Source of the DNA: Paraglomus brasilianum
Taxonomy: Eukaryota
Direction: 5' to 3'
DNA: 38,803 nucleotides
Assembly (NCBI GenBank): GCA_910592345.1
Contig: CAJVPI010000251.1
Coordinates: 1-38,803 of the forward strand
Made by a program: the position numbers and the translations under genes. The notes under the pieces were generated by a model that had not been told where the DNA came from, made no database searches, and saw only the letters and a program-made list of their open reading frames with translations. Numbering within the stretch: position 1 is the stretch's first letter; each line of letters opens with the position of its first letter. Of the stretch, positions 38,078 to 38,803 are shown piece after piece.

Positions 38078-38461
38078 GCCGAATTGGTATGTTGGTCTCT
38101 AGTCACAAGACGACTGACACAAAAAACTTTGTATTTCTGTATTAGTGTGGAATCTTGTGTCTATATTTGGGTTAAGATAAAAAGGACAATTACTTGTACA
38201 TAATCTGTTTAGATCAGGAACATTAATCACATCAATAATTTGCAAAGAGGTCGTTCGCAAATTAGGAAATCTAGTCTATCCTTGTCATTTGCTCAGCCGT
38301 TCAATAGTAATAAGAATAGTAAAATCAGAATGACAGATGATTCGGTTATCCTAAAGAAATGCCGATTGACCTTTATAAAGTCTTTCCAACCTCAATACGT
38401 ATTAAGAGATTGGTTTTTTAGAAAGGTTATTAACACAGCATATATTATTTGGACTAGCAAT
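38078..38461 (+). repeat. Direct repeat family C, copy 3 (most deleted)
   Basis: Collinear with 35212-35757, with internal deletions. Confidence 0.88.
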
Positions 38462-38530
38462 GGTAGGTAAATTAACATTGACACGGATTATGCATTTCTT
38501 TAACGATACTTCATTCAGAGGATGATTAGT

Positions 38531-38803
38531 ACGGGAGACGTCGTTTCGTCGATAACCATTTACCCATTTTTCGCTAACAATGTCGACATCGATGTTCAGA
38601 GTTTATTCTTTCTTTCTGCTTTTTAATTTCAGTTTGGAACTGAATAGCCTGAGCATTCCGCGAGCAGCTTTCACCGATGGCCTTTCATTGGCAATTGTTC
38701 ACCTACAGGTTTTTTAGCGACAATTCATTGTTGACAATCATATTTATTCGCCGGCAGTCATTTTGCCGATGGACCGTTTCATTTTGCCGATAGCTATATT
38801 CGA
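38531..38803. mobile_element. Possible left part of an element related to 25235-25377 (cut by the window end)
   Basis: ACGGGAGACGTCGTTTCGTCGATA resembles ACGGGAGGCAATCATTTCATCGACA. Recurrent TT(T/C)(A/G)CCGAT motifs. Confidence 0.4.

Overview
AT-rich eukaryotic DNA with short GT-AG introns. A fungal origin (Mucoromycota/Glomeromycotina-like) is inferred from intron size, MITE density and the Tc1 transposase N-terminus, but cannot be proven here. Most ORFs in the supplied track are spurious or partial exons. Manual splicing shows a co-oriented cluster of miniature two-repeat (R2R3-type) MYB genes. Three are intact: 7106-7611 (114 aa), 9045-9579 (123 aa) and 18998-19647 (115 aa). A fourth copy at 31033-~31770 is a pseudogene missed by the ORF track. 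Each intact protein is only the MYB domain plus a short tail that ends in a conserved RIRxxMx(I/V)xRLL motif. A separate 3-exon gene (36037-36871, 230 aa) consists of two copies of an unrecognised ~95-aa repeat. The intergenic space holds many TIR elements: TA-flanked Tc1/mariner/pogo-type MITEs, a five-copy palindromic MITE family and a TGT..ACA element with a 6-bp target duplication. There is also a four-level nested insertion at 27905-30369 whose empty-site versions occur elsewhere in the window. No rRNA, tRNA or CRISPR array was recognised.
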